A stretch of 64,000 bases of DNA from an uncultured delta proteobacterium. GTDB taxonomy: Bacteria > Myxococcota > Kuafuiibacteriia > Kuafuiibacteriales > Kuafuiibacteriaceae. A model generated the notes under the pieces. It made no database searches. It was not told the DNA's origin and saw only the letters and a program-made list of their open reading frames with translations. Below are positions 40,693 through 52,470 of the stretch, one piece after another (position 1 is the stretch's first letter; each line of letters begins with the position of its first letter). The stretch covers positions 1,664,001 through 1,728,000 of the forward strand of contig CAWDML010000009.1 in assembly GCA_963803435.1 (NCBI GenBank). The letters run 5' to 3'. Made by a program: the position numbers and the translations under genes.

Positions 40693-43600
40693 ATGCGCGT
40701 CCGAATTCGCCACGAGAGTCGCTATCACTACGGCAAGCCGGTCGACCTCGGCCCGCACCTGATCCGCCTCCGTCCCGCCGACCACACCCGCGCGCGCCTG
40801 CTCAGCTACAACCTGGGCGTCACACCGAAGTGCGAGCTCCGCTGGCAGCGGGACGCGGCCAACAACCGGATCGTACGGGCCACCTTCGCCGCCGGCGAAC
40901 GCTTCGACGCGCTCGCCGTGGTCGTCGACGCCGCGTTCGAGATCCGCACCGTCAACCCCTTCAACTTCTTCGTCGACGACCGCTGCCGCGACCTCCCCTT
41001 CGCGTACCCCGACGGCCTCGAGATCGATCTCGCGCCCTTCCTGAGGCGGCCGGCGATCGGCCCCGAGCTCGCCGCGTTCGTGAAGGCGAACCCCGCCGAG
41101 GGCTACGTCACCGACTACCTGGTCGCGCTCAACTCGGCGGTGGCGAGAGAGGTCCGCTACATCATCCGCGACGACGCCGGGATCCAGTCGAGCGAGGAGA
41201 CGCTCGCGCGCGGGTCGGGCAGCTGCCGCGACTCCGCCGTGCTGCTGGTCGACGCCCTGAGGGCGCAGGGCCTGGCCGCGCGCTTCGTCAGCGGCTACCT
41301 CTTGCAGCTCACCGACGAGGGCAACATCCCCGGTGAGAGGAGGGGCATCGATCGCGACGTCGTCGATCTTCACGCGTGGGCCGAGGTCTACGTGCCCGGC
41401 GGCGGATGGATCGGGCTGGACGGGACCAGCGGGCTCCTCGCCGGCGAAGGGCACATCCCGCTGGCCGGCACCGCCGATCCCAGGCTGGCCGCGCCGATCG
41501 ACGGCACCGCCAGCGCCCCCGCGCTCCGCGTCGACTTTCACACCCGCGTCGAGCGCCTGGGCCACGAGCCGCGCCCGCGCCGTCCCTATACCGACGCCTG
41601 CTGGGCGGCGATCCGCGCGCTCGGGCGCGACGTCGACGCCCACCTGGAGGCGCGCGGCCTCGCGCTCACCATGGGCGGCGAGCCCACGTGGACCTCGCGC
41701 CTCCACCCCCGGGCGAAGGAGTGGAACGAGGACGCCCTCGGCAGGACGAAGTGGGATCAGGGCCTGGTGCTGGCCGAGCGGCTGCTCGCGCGCCTCGGAG
41801 ACGGCGGCATCGTCACGCACCGCATGGGCAAGCACTATCCGGGCGAGAGCTTGCCGCGCTGGGCGATGCACCTGTTGTGGCGGCCGGACGGCGTCCCGCT
41901 GTGGCGCGACCCGTCGCGGCTCGACCTCCGCACCGCCCGGGCCACCGCGGACCTGGGCGCGAGCGCGGGGGCGCCCAGCGACGAAGACGCCGAGCGCTTC
42001 GCCCGCGCGCTGGCGGGCAAGCTGGAGCTGGCGGCGTATCGAACGATCCAGCCCGCCTTCGAGGACCCGTGGGTCTTCATCCGCGAGGAGCACGACCTCC
42101 CCGACGATGTCGATCCGCTCGCCGCCGATCTCGACGATCCGGAGGCGCGCCGTCGCCTGGCCCGCGTGCTCGGCCGGGGCCTAGGGCGCCCGGTCGGCTA
42201 CGTCCTGCCCCTGGGCGCGACCAAGGAGGGATGGGCCACCTCACCGTGGACCTTCCGCCGCGGGCACGCGTTCCTCACGCCCGGTGACGCGCCGATCGGC
42301 CTGCGCCTTCCGCTGCAGCAGATCGGCGGCACGCCCCACCCCACCTGGGCGCAGGACCCGAGCCAGCGCTTCCTCGCGTTCGACGCAGCGCCGGTGTCCG
42401 CTCTCCCGGGACAGCCGCGCGCCGAGCTCACCGAGAAGGACACCCGCGTGCGGACGGCGCTCTGCGTCGAGCCGCGCGGCGGCGCCCTGGCCGTGTTCCT
42501 GCCGCCGCTGCCCACCGGCGAGCACTTCCTCGCGCTGATCCGCGCCGTCGAGGAGACCGCGCGGAGCACCGACGCCAAGGTGAGCCTCGAGGGCTACCCG
42601 CCGCCGCCCGATCCGCGGCTCCGCGCCTGCCTGGTCACGCCCGACCCCGGCGTGCTGGAGGTGAACATTCCGGTCACCTCCCGGTTCGACGACTACGTCG
42701 AGCTCATGGAGACGATCGCCGACGCCGCCAACCACGCCGGCCTCACCACCGAGAAGTACCAGCTCGACGGTCGCGAGGTCGGGCCCGGCGGCGGACACCA
42801 CCTCACGCTGGGCGGGCCCACCACGCTCGAGAGCCCGTTCCTCCGCGACCCGGCGCTGCTCGCGAGCATGCTCAACTATCTGCAGAACCACCCGGCGCTC
42901 TCGTACCTGTTCGCGAGCCAGTTCGTCGGCCCCACCTCGCAGGCGCCCCGCGTGGACGAGGCGCGCCACGACGCGCTCTACGAGCTGGAGATCGCGCTCG
43001 AGCGACTGCGGTCCCACGCGGGCGAGGTGCTGCCCTGGCTGAGCGATCGCCACCTGCGAAACCTGCTGACCGACGTCAGCGGCAACACGCACCGCACCGA
43101 GGTCTGCATCGACAAGCTCTACGACCCGGGCAGCGCCGGGGGCCGGCAAGGGATCCTCGAGTTCCGCGCCTTCGAGATGCCGGCCCACGAGCGAATGGCG
43201 GTGACCCAGATGCTGCTGCTGCGCGGCATCGCCTCGATGGTCGCCGACCGCCCCTATGCGCGGCCGCTGATCCGCTGGGGCAGCCAGCTCCACGATCGCT
43301 TCATGCTCCCGCACTTCCTGTGGCGCGACCTCCGCGACGTGCTCGGCGATCTGCGCGAGGCCGGGCTGCCGTTCGCCGACGAGATGATCCGGCCCTTCCT
43401 CGACTTCAAGTGCCCGGTGGCCGGCACCGTCGACGTCGAGGACTTCAGCCTCGAGATCCGGACCGCCCTCGAGCCCTGGATCGTGCTGGGCGAGGAGGGC
43501 GCGCGGACCGGCACGGTTCGCTACGTCGACTCCTCCGTCGAGCGGCTGCAGGTCAGCGTCGAGGGGCTCACCGACGATCGGCACGTCATCACCGTGAACG

Positions 43601-43953
43601 GCTTCAAGGTGCCGCTCCGGCCCACCGGCAAGGCGGGGCAGCACGTGGCCGGGATCCGCTTTCGCGCGTGGCAGCCGCCGCACTGCCTGCACCCCGACAT
43701 CCCGGTGCATCACCCGCTTCGCTTCGACATCGTCGACACCTGGGGTCGCCGCTCGCTGGGCGCGGCCACCTATCACGTCTGGCATCCGGAGGGCCGCGGC
43801 TTCGAGGATCCGCCGCTCACCGCGTTCGAGGCCGCCGCCCGCCGCGCGCAGCGCTTCACCACCGAGGGGCACCTGCCCTTCCCCGCCGAGCCGATCGAGG
43901 TCGAGCCCCATCCGGAGCAGCCGTACACGCTCGATCTGCGGCGCTGTCCCTGA
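40693..43953 (+). CDS. Transglutaminase-N + DUF2126 putative amidoligase
   Basis: [97 protein letters not shown]. Confidence 0.9.
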   Translation: MRVRIRHESRYHYGKPVDLGPHLIRLRPADHTRARLLSYNLGVTPKCELRWQRDAANNRIVRATFAAGERFDALAVVVDAAFEIRTVNPFNFFVDDRCRDLPFAYPDGLEIDLAPFLRRPAIGPELAAFVKANPAEGYVTDYLVALNSAVAREVRYIIRDDAGIQSSEETLARGSGSCRDSAVLLVDALRAQGLAARFVSGYLLQLTDEGNIPGERRGIDRDVVDLHAWAEVYVPGGGWIGLDGTSGLLAGEGHIPLAGTADPRLAAPIDGTASAPALRVDFHTRVERLGHEPRPRRPYTDACWAAIRALGRDVDAHLEARGLALTMGGEPTWTSRLHPRAKEWNEDALGRTKWDQGLVLAERLLARLGDGGIVTHRMGKHYPGESLPRWAMHLLWRPDGVPLWRDPSRLDLRTARATADLGASAGAPSDEDAERFARALAGKLELAAYRTIQPAFEDPWVFIREEHDLPDDVDPLAADLDDPEARRRLARVLGRGLGRPVGYVLPLGATKEGWATSPWTFRRGHAFLTPGDAPIGLRLPLQQIGGTPHPTWAQDPSQRFLAFDAAPVSALPGQPRAELTEKDTRVRTALCVEPRGGALAVFLPPLPTGEHFLALIRAVEETARSTDAKVSLEGYPPPPDPRLRACLVTPDPGVLEVNIPVTSRFDDYVELMETIADAANHAGLTTEKYQLDGREVGPGGGHHLTLGGPTTLESPFLRDPALLASMLNYLQNHPALSYLFASQFVGPTSQAPRVDEARHDALYELEIALERLRSHAGEVLPWLSDRHLRNLLTDVSGNTHRTEVCIDKLYDPGSAGGRQGILEFRAFEMPAHERMAVTQMLLLRGIASMVADRPYARPLIRWGSQLHDRFMLPHFLWRDLRDVLGDLREAGLPFADEMIRPFLDFKCPVAGTVDVEDFSLEIRTALEPWIVLGEEGARTGTVRYVDSSVERLQVSVEGLTDDRHVITVNGFKVPLRPTGKAGQHVAGIRFRAWQPPHCLHPDIPVHHPLRFDIVDTWGRRSLGAATYHVWHPEGRGFEDPPLTAFEAAARRAQRFTTEGHLPFPAEPIEVEPHPEQPYTLDLRRCP

Positions 43954-43956
43954 CGC

Positions 43957-44514
43957 TTACGGCTTCACGACCTGCGAGCACTGGCGCCCGTCGAGGAGCT
44001 GCCGCTGCAGCGTCTCCACCTTGGGGAAGCGCGCGTAGGCCTCCGTCTTGCCCGGATCGACGCACGGGCTCCCCAGCACGATGGCCTTGGGGCGGTACTT
44101 CTCTTCGGATCGGCTGATCACGTCGGTGAACGTCAGCGACTTCAGCGGTGCGTCCTCGGAGGCCCGCATGATCAGGACGATGCCTTGATCGCTCCGATCG
44201 ACGCGCGCGATCGGCGAGTCGAAGTGCGAGCCGTCCTGGCAGTAGACCTCGACCGAGTCGAGGAAGATCTCGATGCGCGCCAGCTCGCGCGCGCACCACT
44301 GCTCGGGCGTCATCGAGTCGTTGTCGAGGCGCTTGATCTCGGCCTCGGGGAACCAGCGCCCGATCAGGTTGTAGATGACGGCCTTCTTGTCGCTGCCCGG
44401 ATTGATCTTGGTGTAGTCGTAGACCGAGGCGTCCATCGAACCCGGCGCACCGCCGGGGCAGCCGGTCGCCAGGAGCACGAAGAGCGTCGATGCCAGCGCG
44501 AGGCCTCTCTCCAT
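43957..44514 (-). CDS. Hypothetical lipoprotein
   Basis: Lipobox LATGC, typical codon usage, GAGGGG RBS upstream. Confidence 0.7.
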   Translation of the reverse strand: MERGLALASTLFVLLATGCPGGAPGSMDASVYDYTKINPGSDKKAVIYNLIGRWFPEAEIKRLDNDSMTPEQWCARELARIEIFLDSVEVYCQDGSHFDSPIARVDRSDQGIVLIMRASEDAPLKSLTFTDVISRSEEKYRPKAIVLGSPCVDPGKTEAYARFPKVETLQRQLLDGRQCSQVVKP

Positions 44515-44530
44515 GGGTGACCCCTCGGTA

Positions 44531-45289
44531 TCACGATCGGGACTGCCTGAGGAGCCGGCCCATCAGGTCCAGCAGGCGCGACTCTCCGAGGCGAGGGCGG
44601 GACCCGAGCGCGATCGGCTCCCCGCCGGCGCGCGCGCACGCGATCACGCGTGTTCGCCCCTGCTCCAGCACGCCGACCGAGGCGACGTCGCGCCACCGCA
44701 CCAGATCCCCGAGGGAGGGGCTCCGCGCGAAGCCGGCCAGGACCAGGCGCAGCGCCGGATGCGCGCGCTCGAACGGCCCCGGCGCGAACGACCAGACGAT
44801 GGTGGCGCCGTCGAGGGCCGCCCGCTCGAGGGATGCGAGCGACGCGCCGGCGTCGGGGACGATCGGCCGCGCCTCCGGATCCGGTCGGATCGGCGGACCC
44901 CAGCGGTTGAGGCCGTGCCAGTGCGCCGCCAGCGGATCCTCCACGTACAGCGGGGCCTCCGGCGCGGCCGTGAATCGATACCCGCGGTCGGCGCGCTCGG
45001 TGCGAGCGGGCCGCAGATCGAGCAGGTCGATCGCCAGGTCGAAGGCGCCGTCCGGACACGCCCGCGCCGCCCGCTCGATCACCGCCCGCGACGAGGCCCG
45101 CCCCGAGCGGCCCAGCGTCAGCGCCAGCGCGTGCGCCCGCGCCGGATCCGTCTCCGCTGCCAGCGTGGCCTCGATCTGATCGAGGTCCCGATCGCGCAGG
45201 CCCGCCTCCTCGGCGATCGCGAACAGCAGCCGGTCCTCGGGGATCTCGAGCGCGAGGTGACGGGCCCCGACCTCGTCAGGAGGGGGCAC
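44531..45289 (-). CDS. Hypothetical protein
   Basis: Fills the gap between gyrA and the lipoprotein gene. Probable GTG start overlapping the end of gyrA. Confidence 0.55.
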   Translation of the reverse strand: MPPPDEVGARHLALEIPEDRLLFAIAEEAGLRDRDLDQIEATLAAETDPARAHALALTLGRSGRASSRAVIERAARACPDGAFDLAIDLLDLRPARTERADRGYRFTAAPEAPLYVEDPLAAHWHGLNRWGPPIRPDPEARPIVPDAGASLASLERAALDGATIVWSFAPGPFERAHPALRLVLAGFARSPSLGDLVRWRDVASVGVLEQGRTRVIACARAGGEPIALGSRPRLGESRLLDLMGRLLRQSRS

Positions 45290-47867
45290 CCTCGCCGCCT
45301 TCGCCGCCTTCGCCGCCTTCGTCGTCCTCGTCGTCGGCCACCAGGTCGCAGACCGCGTTGACGCGATCATCCTCGTCGAGCCGGACGATGCGGACGCCCT
45401 GCGTGTTGCGGCCCATCAGCGAGATGTCGCGCGCCGCCATCCGGATCACCACGCCCTGCCCGGTGATCACCATGACGTGGTCGGTGTCGACGACCTGCCG
45501 CACCGCCGCGACCTGCCCGTTCCGATCGCCCGTCTTCACGTTGATGATGCCGCGCCCGCCGCGCTGCTGCGGCCGGTACTCCTCGGTGGGCGTGCGCTTG
45601 CCGTAGCCGTTGTCGGTCACCACCAGGATGGTGGCCGCAGAGTCGATCACCGCCATGCCGACCACGCGATCGCCGTCGTCGAGGCGGACGCCTCGGACGC
45701 CGACCGAGGACCGGCTCAGCGAGCGCAGGTCGCTGGCCTTGAAGCGGATCGCCATCCCGTTGGCCGTCCCGAGCAGGATGTCGTCCTTGTCGGTGGCCAC
45801 CGCCACGGCGATGATCTCGTCCCCCTCGGCGATGCCGGCGCCGATGATGCCGGCGGGCCGAGGTCGCGAGTACTCGAGCAGGTTCGTCTTCTTGACGGTC
45901 CCGTTCTTCGAGCTGGTGACGACGAAGCTGCCCTCCTGGAACTCGCGCACCGGGAGGATCGCCGTGACCTTCTCGCCTTCGCCCAGCTGGATGATGTTGA
46001 CCAGGGGCTTGCCGCGCGCCGTCCGACCGCCGAGCGGCAGCTCGTGCACCTTGATCCAGTACACGCGGCCCAGGTTCGTGAAGACCAGCAGATAGGCGTG
46101 GGTCGAGGCCGAGAACAGCCGCTCGACGAAGTCCTCCTCCTTGGTGTCGGCGCCGGTGACCCCGCGACCGCCGCGGCGCTGCGCCCGATACTCGCTCGCG
46201 GGCGTCCGCTTGGCGTAGCCGCTGTGGGAGACGGTGACGATCATCTCCTCCTCGGCGATCAGGTCCTCGTCCGAGTACTCGCCGACCTCGCCGGTGATCT
46301 GCGTGCGCCGGGCGTCGCCGAAGGTGTCGCGGATCTCCTTCAGCTCCTCCACGATGACGCGCATCAGCTCGTCGTCGTCCGCGAGGATCCCGCGCAGGCG
46401 GACCATGGTGTCGCGGAGCTGGTTCGCCTCGTCGCGGAGCTTGTCCGCCTCCAGTCCGGTCAACCGGTGGAGCCGCAGGTCCAGGATGGCCTGCGCCTGC
46501 GCCTCGGTCAGATGGATCACGCCCTCGGCCAGGGCCTTCTGCACCTGACCGTCCTCGGCGGCGATCAGCTGCTCCAGGTTGCCGAGCCGCTTGAAGGGCT
46601 CCGCGACCAGCCGGGTGCGGGCCTCGTCCGGATCCTTCGACGACCGGATCAGCTCGATCACGCGATCGATGTTGTCGAGCGCGATCAACAGGCCGACGCG
46701 GGTGTGGAAGGTGCGCTCGGCCTCGGCCAGCTCGAAGACCGTCCTCCGCGTGACGACCTCGCGGCGGTGCTCGATGAAGTGCTCGAGCACCTCCTTGACC
46801 GGGCAGATCCGCGGCGTCCCGTGGACGATCGAGAGCATGTTGACCGCGAACGTCGACTCCAGCGCCGTGTGCCGCCAGAGCTGGTTGAGCGTGACCTGCG
46901 GAACCGCGTCGCGGCGGAGCTCGATCACGATCCGGAGCCCGCGCCGATCCGACTCGTCGCGCACGTCCGAGATGCCCTCGAGCTTCTTCTCCCCCACCAG
47001 CTCGGCCATGCGCTCGATGAGCTTCGCCTTGTTCACCTGATACGGAATCTCAGAGACGACGATCTGGTAGCCGCCCTTCTTCCGCTCCTCGACCTCGGTG
47101 ACCGCGCGGACCTTGATCGAGCCGCGCCCGGTCTCGAAGGCGCGCCGGATCCCGTCGCGGCCGCAGATGATGCCGCCGGTGGGGAAATCGGGACCCGGCA
47201 TGATCCGGAGCAGCTCCTCCAGCCGGAGCGCCGGATTCTCGATCAGCCGGATGGTGGCCTCGATCGTCTCCTTCAGGTTGTGCGGCGGGATGCTGGTCGC
47301 CATCCCGACCGCGATCCCCTGCGAACCGTTGACGAGCAGCTGCGGGAAGCGCGCCGGGAGGACGTCGGGCTCGGTGGTGCTCTCGTCGAAGTTCGGCGAG
47401 AAGTCGACGGTGCCCTTGTCGATGTCGCGCAGGATCTCCTGCGCCAGCCGGGTGAGCCGCACCTCGGTGTAGCGCATGGCGGCCGGCGGATCGCCGTCGA
47501 CCGAGCCGAAGTTGCCCTGGCCGTCGATCAGCGGCTCGCGCATCGAGAACGACTGCGCCATCCGGACGACCGTGTCGTAGACGGCGGCGTCGCCGTGCGG
47601 GTGATAGCGACCGAGCACGTCGCCGACCACGCGCGCCGACTTCTTGTGCGCCCGGTTGTAGAAGTTCGAGGCCTCGTTCATCGCGTAGAGGACGCGGCGA
47701 TGGACCGGCTTCAGACCGTCACGGATGTCGGGGAGCGCGCGTCCGATGATCACGCTCATCGCGTAGTCGAGATACGAAGCGCGCATCTCGTCTTCGATCT
47801 GGACCGGCATCATGTCGCCGGCGCCGTCGGACGGTCCTCCGCCGTTGGGAGCTTGAGGCTCTGCCAT
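45276..47867 (-). CDS. gyrA: DNA gyrase subunit A
   Basis: [35 protein letters not shown], GyrA-box QRRGGRG, CTD blades, acidic tail. Confidence 0.97.
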   Translation of the reverse strand: MAEPQAPNGGGPSDGAGDMMPVQIEDEMRASYLDYAMSVIIGRALPDIRDGLKPVHRRVLYAMNEASNFYNRAHKKSARVVGDVLGRYHPHGDAAVYDTVVRMAQSFSMREPLIDGQGNFGSVDGDPPAAMRYTEVRLTRLAQEILRDIDKGTVDFSPNFDESTTEPDVLPARFPQLLVNGSQGIAVGMATSIPPHNLKETIEATIRLIENPALRLEELLRIMPGPDFPTGGIICGRDGIRRAFETGRGSIKVRAVTEVEERKKGGYQIVVSEIPYQVNKAKLIERMAELVGEKKLEGISDVRDESDRRGLRIVIELRRDAVPQVTLNQLWRHTALESTFAVNMLSIVHGTPRICPVKEVLEHFIEHRREVVTRRTVFELAEAERTFHTRVGLLIALDNIDRVIELIRSSKDPDEARTRLVAEPFKRLGNLEQLIAAEDGQVQKALAEGVIHLTEAQAQAILDLRLHRLTGLEADKLRDEANQLRDTMVRLRGILADDDELMRVIVEELKEIRDTFGDARRTQITGEVGEYSDEDLIAEEEMIVTVSHSGYAKRTPASEYRAQRRGGRGVTGADTKEEDFVERLFSASTHAYLLVFTNLGRVYWIKVHELPLGGRTARGKPLVNIIQLGEGEKVTAILPVREFQEGSFVVTSSKNGTVKKTNLLEYSRPRPAGIIGAGIAEGDEIIAVAVATDKDDILLGTANGMAIRFKASDLRSLSRSSVGVRGVRLDDGDRVVGMAVIDSAATILVVTDNGYGKRTPTEEYRPQQRGGRGIINVKTGDRNGQVAAVRQVVDTDHVMVITGQGVVIRMAARDISLMGRNTQGVRIVRLDEDDRVNAVCDLVADDEDDEGGEGGEGGEGAPS

Positions 47868-47994
47868 AGGGATCGCTGGTTCCTATCGCGCCCGCGTCGA
47901 AAATCAAAGAGGTTTTCGGCCCGCAACGTCGCCCAAATCCAGAAGAATCCCAAGACCTTGGCCGCGTCCTCAGAGTGTTCTAGGGTGCGCCGCC

Positions 47995-49350
47995 GTGAGC
48001 ATCATCGACCACCTGCGCAAGCAGTTCGAATCGCACGACATCCGCCGGGTCAAGATCGGCGGCTTCGACATCGACTGCATCCTCCGCGGCAAGTACGTGT
48101 CGCTGGAGAAGTTCTGGTCGATCGTCGAGAACGGCATGGGCTTCTGCGACGTCATCTTCGGCTGGGACTCGCAGGACGCGCTCTACGATCGCCCCGGGTT
48201 CACCGGCTGGCACACCGGCTACCCCGACGCCGCCGCCGCCATCGACCTCAACACCTTCCGCGTGATCCCGTGGGAGGACAACACCGCGGCCTTCCTCATC
48301 GACTTCCAGGACGCCGACGGGCGCCCGCTCGAGGTCTCGCCGCGGCAGCTGTTGCGCCGCGTGCTGGGGAAGGCGGCCTCGATGGACCTCCTGCCCACGT
48401 TCTCCTGCGAATACGAGTTTTTCATCTACGAGGAGTCGCCGCACACGCTCAGCGAGAAGGGCTTCCGCAGCCCGCGGCCCGTCTCCCCCGGCATGTTCGG
48501 ATACTCGTGGCTCCGGACCTCGCAGCGGGCCCCGCTGGTCCATGCGCTCTTCGATCAGTCGACCCAGTTCGGGATCCCCATCGAAGGCTTCCACACCGAG
48601 ACCGGCCCGGGCGTCTTCGAGGCGGCGATCCACTACTCCGAGGCCCTCATGGCCGCGGACCGGGCGGCGCTCTTCAAGACGGCCGCCAAGGAGATCTGCC
48701 ACCAGTACGGGCTGATGGCCTCCTTCATGGCGAAGCCGGCCAACGGCCTGCCCGGGTGCGGCGGGCACACGCACCAGTCGATCTGGTCCCGCGACGGCTC
48801 GACCAACCTGTTCTTCAACCCGGCCGACCCCGACCTCATGAGCGACACCATGCGCCACTACGTCGCCGGTCAGATCGCGCTGATGCCGGAGCTCTGCGCG
48901 ATCTTCTGTCCCAACGTGAACAGCTACAAGCGGCTCCTCGACGGCAACTGGGCCCCGGGCTCGGCGACCTGGGGCATCGAGAACCGCACCGTGTCCCTCC
49001 GCGTGATCCCGGGATCGGAGAAGTCGACCCGGATCGAGCACCGCCTGCCGGGCGCCGATCTGAACCCGTACCTGACGATGGCCGCCATGCTGGCCGCTGG
49101 GCTCTACGGCGTGGAGCAGAAGCTGGCCTGCCCGCCCCCCACGCGCGGCAGCGCCTACGACACCGACGCCCCGCGGCTCCCGTCCTCCCTCGCCGAGGCG
49201 GTCGCCCGGCTGCGCGGGTCGGAGCTCGCGCGCTCGCTCCTCGGGGAGGCGTTCGTCGAGCACTACCTGCTGAGCCGGGAGTTCGAGGTGCGGCAGGCCC
49301 AGAAGGCCGTCACGGACTGGGAGGTCCGACGCTACTTCGAGCTGGCGTGA
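47995..49350 (+). CDS. Glutamine synthetase family protein (gamma-glutamyl ligase type)
   Basis: LRGK, EYEF, HTETGPGVFE, FMAKP, GGHTHQS, NSYKRL, WGIENRT, RIEHR. Confidence 0.9.
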   Translation: MSIIDHLRKQFESHDIRRVKIGGFDIDCILRGKYVSLEKFWSIVENGMGFCDVIFGWDSQDALYDRPGFTGWHTGYPDAAAAIDLNTFRVIPWEDNTAAFLIDFQDADGRPLEVSPRQLLRRVLGKAASMDLLPTFSCEYEFFIYEESPHTLSEKGFRSPRPVSPGMFGYSWLRTSQRAPLVHALFDQSTQFGIPIEGFHTETGPGVFEAAIHYSEALMAADRAALFKTAAKEICHQYGLMASFMAKPANGLPGCGGHTHQSIWSRDGSTNLFFNPADPDLMSDTMRHYVAGQIALMPELCAIFCPNVNSYKRLLDGNWAPGSATWGIENRTVSLRVIPGSEKSTRIEHRLPGADLNPYLTMAAMLAAGLYGVEQKLACPPPTRGSAYDTDAPRLPSSLAEAVARLRGSELARSLLGEAFVEHYLLSREFEVRQAQKAVTDWEVRRYFELA

Positions 49351-49358
49351 GGACAGGT

Positions 49359-49994
49359 CTATGGCCGGATCCAGCCCGGGAGCGCCCCCGCCTTCCGCGC
49401 CTCCTCGGGGAGCCCGAAGTCGAGGTACTCGATCGCCGCGTCGAGGTCCTTCTCCAGCGCGTCGAGCTTCTTCTTCAGGCCCATCATCTCTTTCTGCTGG
49501 CCCGGGAGCAGCGAGAACGACACCCGGGTGGCGAGGTTCTGATACTGCTCCTGCGTGCTGTTGAACTCGGCCAGGAGGTCGTCGACCTTCTTCCTCGCGT
49601 CCTTCGCCTTGGTCTCCCACGACGACCGGGTGGCGTCGCGCTCCTTCGTTCGCTGGGTGATCTCTTCGAGCGCCGCGTTGATCGCAGCGGCCCGGCGCGT
49701 GCGTTCGGCCTCGTCGAGCTCCTGGAGTCGGAGCGCCTCGAGCTGCTGCTCCTTCTCCCTCCGCTCGTACTCCTCCTTGCCGAGCTTCTGGATCTGCTCC
49801 TGCCGCAGCCGGTCCCGCTCCTGCTCCAGCTTGTTGTAGTAGGCGCGGCGATCCTGGGGCAGCGCGGAGAGGTTGTCGGTGTACACGACGGTCCCGTCGC
49901 CCTTCTTGTACTTGTAGATCTGGGCATGCGCGTCCGGCGCCGCCGTGATGAAAAGCGCGATTCCGGCGGCGAGGGTTGTGATCCAGCGTGCCAT
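49359..49994 (-). CDS. DUF4124-like secreted coiled-coil protein
   Basis: Signal peptide ending AHA-Q, IYKY...DG.V.YTD, long coiled coil, C-terminal PGWIR. Confidence 0.75.
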   Translation of the reverse strand: MARWITTLAAGIALFITAAPDAHAQIYKYKKGDGTVVYTDNLSALPQDRRAYYNKLEQERDRLRQEQIQKLGKEEYERREKEQQLEALRLQELDEAERTRRAAAINAALEEITQRTKERDATRSSWETKAKDARKKVDDLLAEFNSTQEQYQNLATRVSFSLLPGQQKEMMGLKKKLDALEKDLDAAIEYLDFGLPEEARKAGALPGWIRP

Positions 49995-50027
49995 CGGGCG
50001 AATTATGGCACACGACCGCGTCCATGT

Positions 50028-51023
50028 ATGGGAGTCCTCTTGGCAGGCCTGGCTTCTTTCGCGATCGGCATGCTCGTGCTGTTCCGCGCCGCCATCCGGA
50101 ACGAGGAGAATCGCCGCGCCATCGACCTCGCGGACTTCCGCCGCCTCGGCCTCCGGCGATCGGGTGAGGGTCGCGTCTCGAGCTGCACGGTCGAGGTCAG
50201 CGAGCACCAGGTCCACGTGCGTCCCGAGATCCCGCTCCCCGAGGACCTCACGATTTCCGGCTACTCCGGGCAGCCGCACCGCTGGCTCAGCGGAGACGAG
50301 GCGTTCGACGACTGCATCGAGTGCGCCGGACCGACCGCCTGGCTCCGCGCCCGCATGAGCCAATCGTTCCGCGAGCACGTCCGCCGCCTGCTCCTCAAGT
50401 GGCCGGCCCGCTTCATCCAGGGCAACCTGAGCATCGACTACTTCGACGGCGCGCGGCCGCAGGGGGAGACGCTCTTCGAGCTGATCGCCGACGCGGTCGG
50501 GTTCGTGGAGGCGCTGGCGGCGCCGCTGGAGATCGAACCGGCGCTCGCCGAGATCGCCACCTCCGATCGGGTGGTGGCCGTCCGACTCCGCGCGCTGCGG
50601 GAGATGATCGCGAACGCCCCGAGGGGTCACCCACACCCGCACGTCGAGCGCGCCCTCCACCTGCTGCTGACGGACTCGAACCTGGACCTGCGCCTGACCG
50701 CAGCCGAGCGTCTCGGCCCGCCGGCGAAGAGCACGCTGCTCGTGATCTTCGACCACGCCAAGGACGGCCCGGCTCGGGCCCGCGCGCTGGCAGCGCTGGC
50801 CGCCTTCCTTCCCACCGGCGCCCTCGCCGAGGTCCTGGGGGACGAGGGGCTGGCGCGGCGCTTCGAGGCCGCGGGCGGGCAGCGTCTCACCGTCGCGGAG
50901 GCGATCGTCACCGAGCTCGAGCGGCGGGAGAACGGCCGCCTCTCGCTGGTCGAGGCTTCGGAGGCCGGCGCGCTCGCGATCCATGCCGAGGCGGGCGGCC
51001 TGTCGGAGCCCGACGAGCGCTGA
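50028..51023 (+). CDS. Hypothetical membrane-anchored protein with HEAT-like repeats
   Basis: N-terminal TM (MGVLLAGLASFAIGMLVLF). VRLRAL, LRLTAAERLG and ARALAAL repeats. Confidence 0.6.
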   Translation: MGVLLAGLASFAIGMLVLFRAAIRNEENRRAIDLADFRRLGLRRSGEGRVSSCTVEVSEHQVHVRPEIPLPEDLTISGYSGQPHRWLSGDEAFDDCIECAGPTAWLRARMSQSFREHVRRLLLKWPARFIQGNLSIDYFDGARPQGETLFELIADAVGFVEALAAPLEIEPALAEIATSDRVVAVRLRALREMIANAPRGHPHPHVERALHLLLTDSNLDLRLTAAERLGPPAKSTLLVIFDHAKDGPARARALAALAAFLPTGALAEVLGDEGLARRFEAAGGQRLTVAEAIVTELERRENGRLSLVEASEAGALAIHAEAGGLSEPDER

Positions 51024-51087
51024 GGCGGAACGGTTTGCGACCGCTCCGCGCGTGACGGGAGCGACGCGCCTCGGTTAGCCTCCGCGC

Positions 51088-52470
51088 GTGCCGCAGATCC
51101 CGTTCACGTTTCCGGCGAAGCCGCCCTCGCCGGCGCCCGTCGAGGAGCCGTTCGTGTTCTCGGTGTCGGGGATCGTGAACCGGTTGCGGAAGGATCTGGA
51201 GGAGGGCTTCGGCGACGTCTGGGTGGGCGGCGAGATCTCGAGCTTCTCCATCCACCCCACCTCCGGCCACGCCTACTTCAGCCTCAAGGATCAGCGCGCC
51301 AAGCTCTCGTGCGTGATGTGGCGGGACAACCTGGTCCGGCTCCGCTTTCGACCGCAGCGCGGACACGAGGTCATCGTTCGCGGTCGCATCACCGTCTACG
51401 AGCGGGGCGGCCAGCTGCAGATGAACGTGCTGGGCGTCGAGCCCCAGGGCCTGGGCGCGCTCCAGCAAGAGTTCATGGATCGGCTCGCCGCCCTGCGGGC
51501 CGAGGGCCTGACCGCGCCCGAGCGAAAGCGCCCGATCCCGCCGTTTCCCCGGGTGGTCGGCGTCGTCACCAGCCCGGGCGGCGCGGCGCTGCGCGACGTC
51601 CTTCGGACGCTCCTCCGTCGGGATCCGCGGTCGCACGTCATCATCGCGCCGGCGCAGGTCCAAGGGCGCAGCTCGGCCCTCTCGATCGTCGCCGCGCTCG
51701 ACCGCCTCGACGCCCTGGGTCGAGCCGACGTCATCATCCTGGCCCGCGGCGGCGGATCGCTCGAGGATCTGTGGGCCTTCAACGAGGAGCCGGTGGCCCG
51801 GGCGGTGGCGCGCTGCTCGGTCCCGGTCATCACCGGCGTGGGCCACGAGACCGACACCACGATCGCCGACTACGTGGCTGACCTGCGCACGTCCACGCCG
51901 ACGGCCGCCGCCGAGCACGCGGTCCCGCGGCGCAGCGAGGTCGAGGCGCGCTGGCTCGGGTTGTCGGCCCGGATCGGCCACGCGTTCCAGAACCGGATCG
52001 ATCACCTGGGACGGCGCCTGCTGCGGCTGGAGAACCGGCTCTCGGATCCGAGCGCGACGATCGGGCGGCGAGCCCAGTACCTCGACGAGCTCACCACCCG
52101 GGCCGAGCGTGGGCTGAAGCGCAAGACCACCCTTCTGCAAGGCCGCTTGCAACAGCTCGAGCGCCGCCTCGCCGCCGCCGCGCCGCAGCACCGCGTGCAG
52201 GGTCTGGCGGGCCGGCTCGACCGCCTGGAGGCGCGGCTTCACGAGGCCGCGCGCCGGCGAGTCGCCAGGAGCGAGCGGAGCCTGGCCATCCTGTGCGGCC
52301 GGCTCGAGTCGATGAGCCCGCTGGCGGTGCTGGCCCGGGGCTACGCGATCGCGCAGAGCGAGGACGGCCGCGTGGTGCGGCGCGCGATGGATGTGGAACG
52401 GGGCGAGCGACTGTCGCTTCGCCTGGCGGAGGGACGCGCACTCGTGCGAGTGGAGGAGACCGATGGCTGA
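51088..52470 (+). CDS. xseA: Exodeoxyribonuclease VII large subunit
   Basis: VWV.GEIS, SGHAYFSLKD, VVTSPGGAALRD, RGGGSLEDLWAFNEE, GVGHETD.T..D.VAD, TPTAAAE, SPLAVLARGY. Confidence 0.96.
   Translation: MPQIPFTFPAKPPSPAPVEEPFVFSVSGIVNRLRKDLEEGFGDVWVGGEISSFSIHPTSGHAYFSLKDQRAKLSCVMWRDNLVRLRFRPQRGHEVIVRGRITVYERGGQLQMNVLGVEPQGLGALQQEFMDRLAALRAEGLTAPERKRPIPPFPRVVGVVTSPGGAALRDVLRTLLRRDPRSHVIIAPAQVQGRSSALSIVAALDRLDALGRADVIILARGGGSLEDLWAFNEEPVARAVARCSVPVITGVGHETDTTIADYVADLRTSTPTAAAEHAVPRRSEVEARWLGLSARIGHAFQNRIDHLGRRLLRLENRLSDPSATIGRRAQYLDELTTRAERGLKRKTTLLQGRLQQLERRLAAAAPQHRVQGLAGRLDRLEARLHEAARRRVARSERSLAILCGRLESMSPLAVLARGYAIAQSEDGRVVRRAMDVERGERLSLRLAEGRALVRVEETDG

Noticed and set aside
45290-45320. 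(TTCGCCGCC)x3 repeat
   Set aside because: It encodes the ordinary acidic Gly/Glu tail of GyrA.
45477-51023. 1848-aa ORF and other very long ORFs (e.g. 12483..15686, 31392..34244, 7277..9016)
   Set aside because: These are antisense or alternate-frame shadows of real genes, typical of high-GC DNA. Only sub-segments (50028-51023; 13478-14474) look like real proteins.
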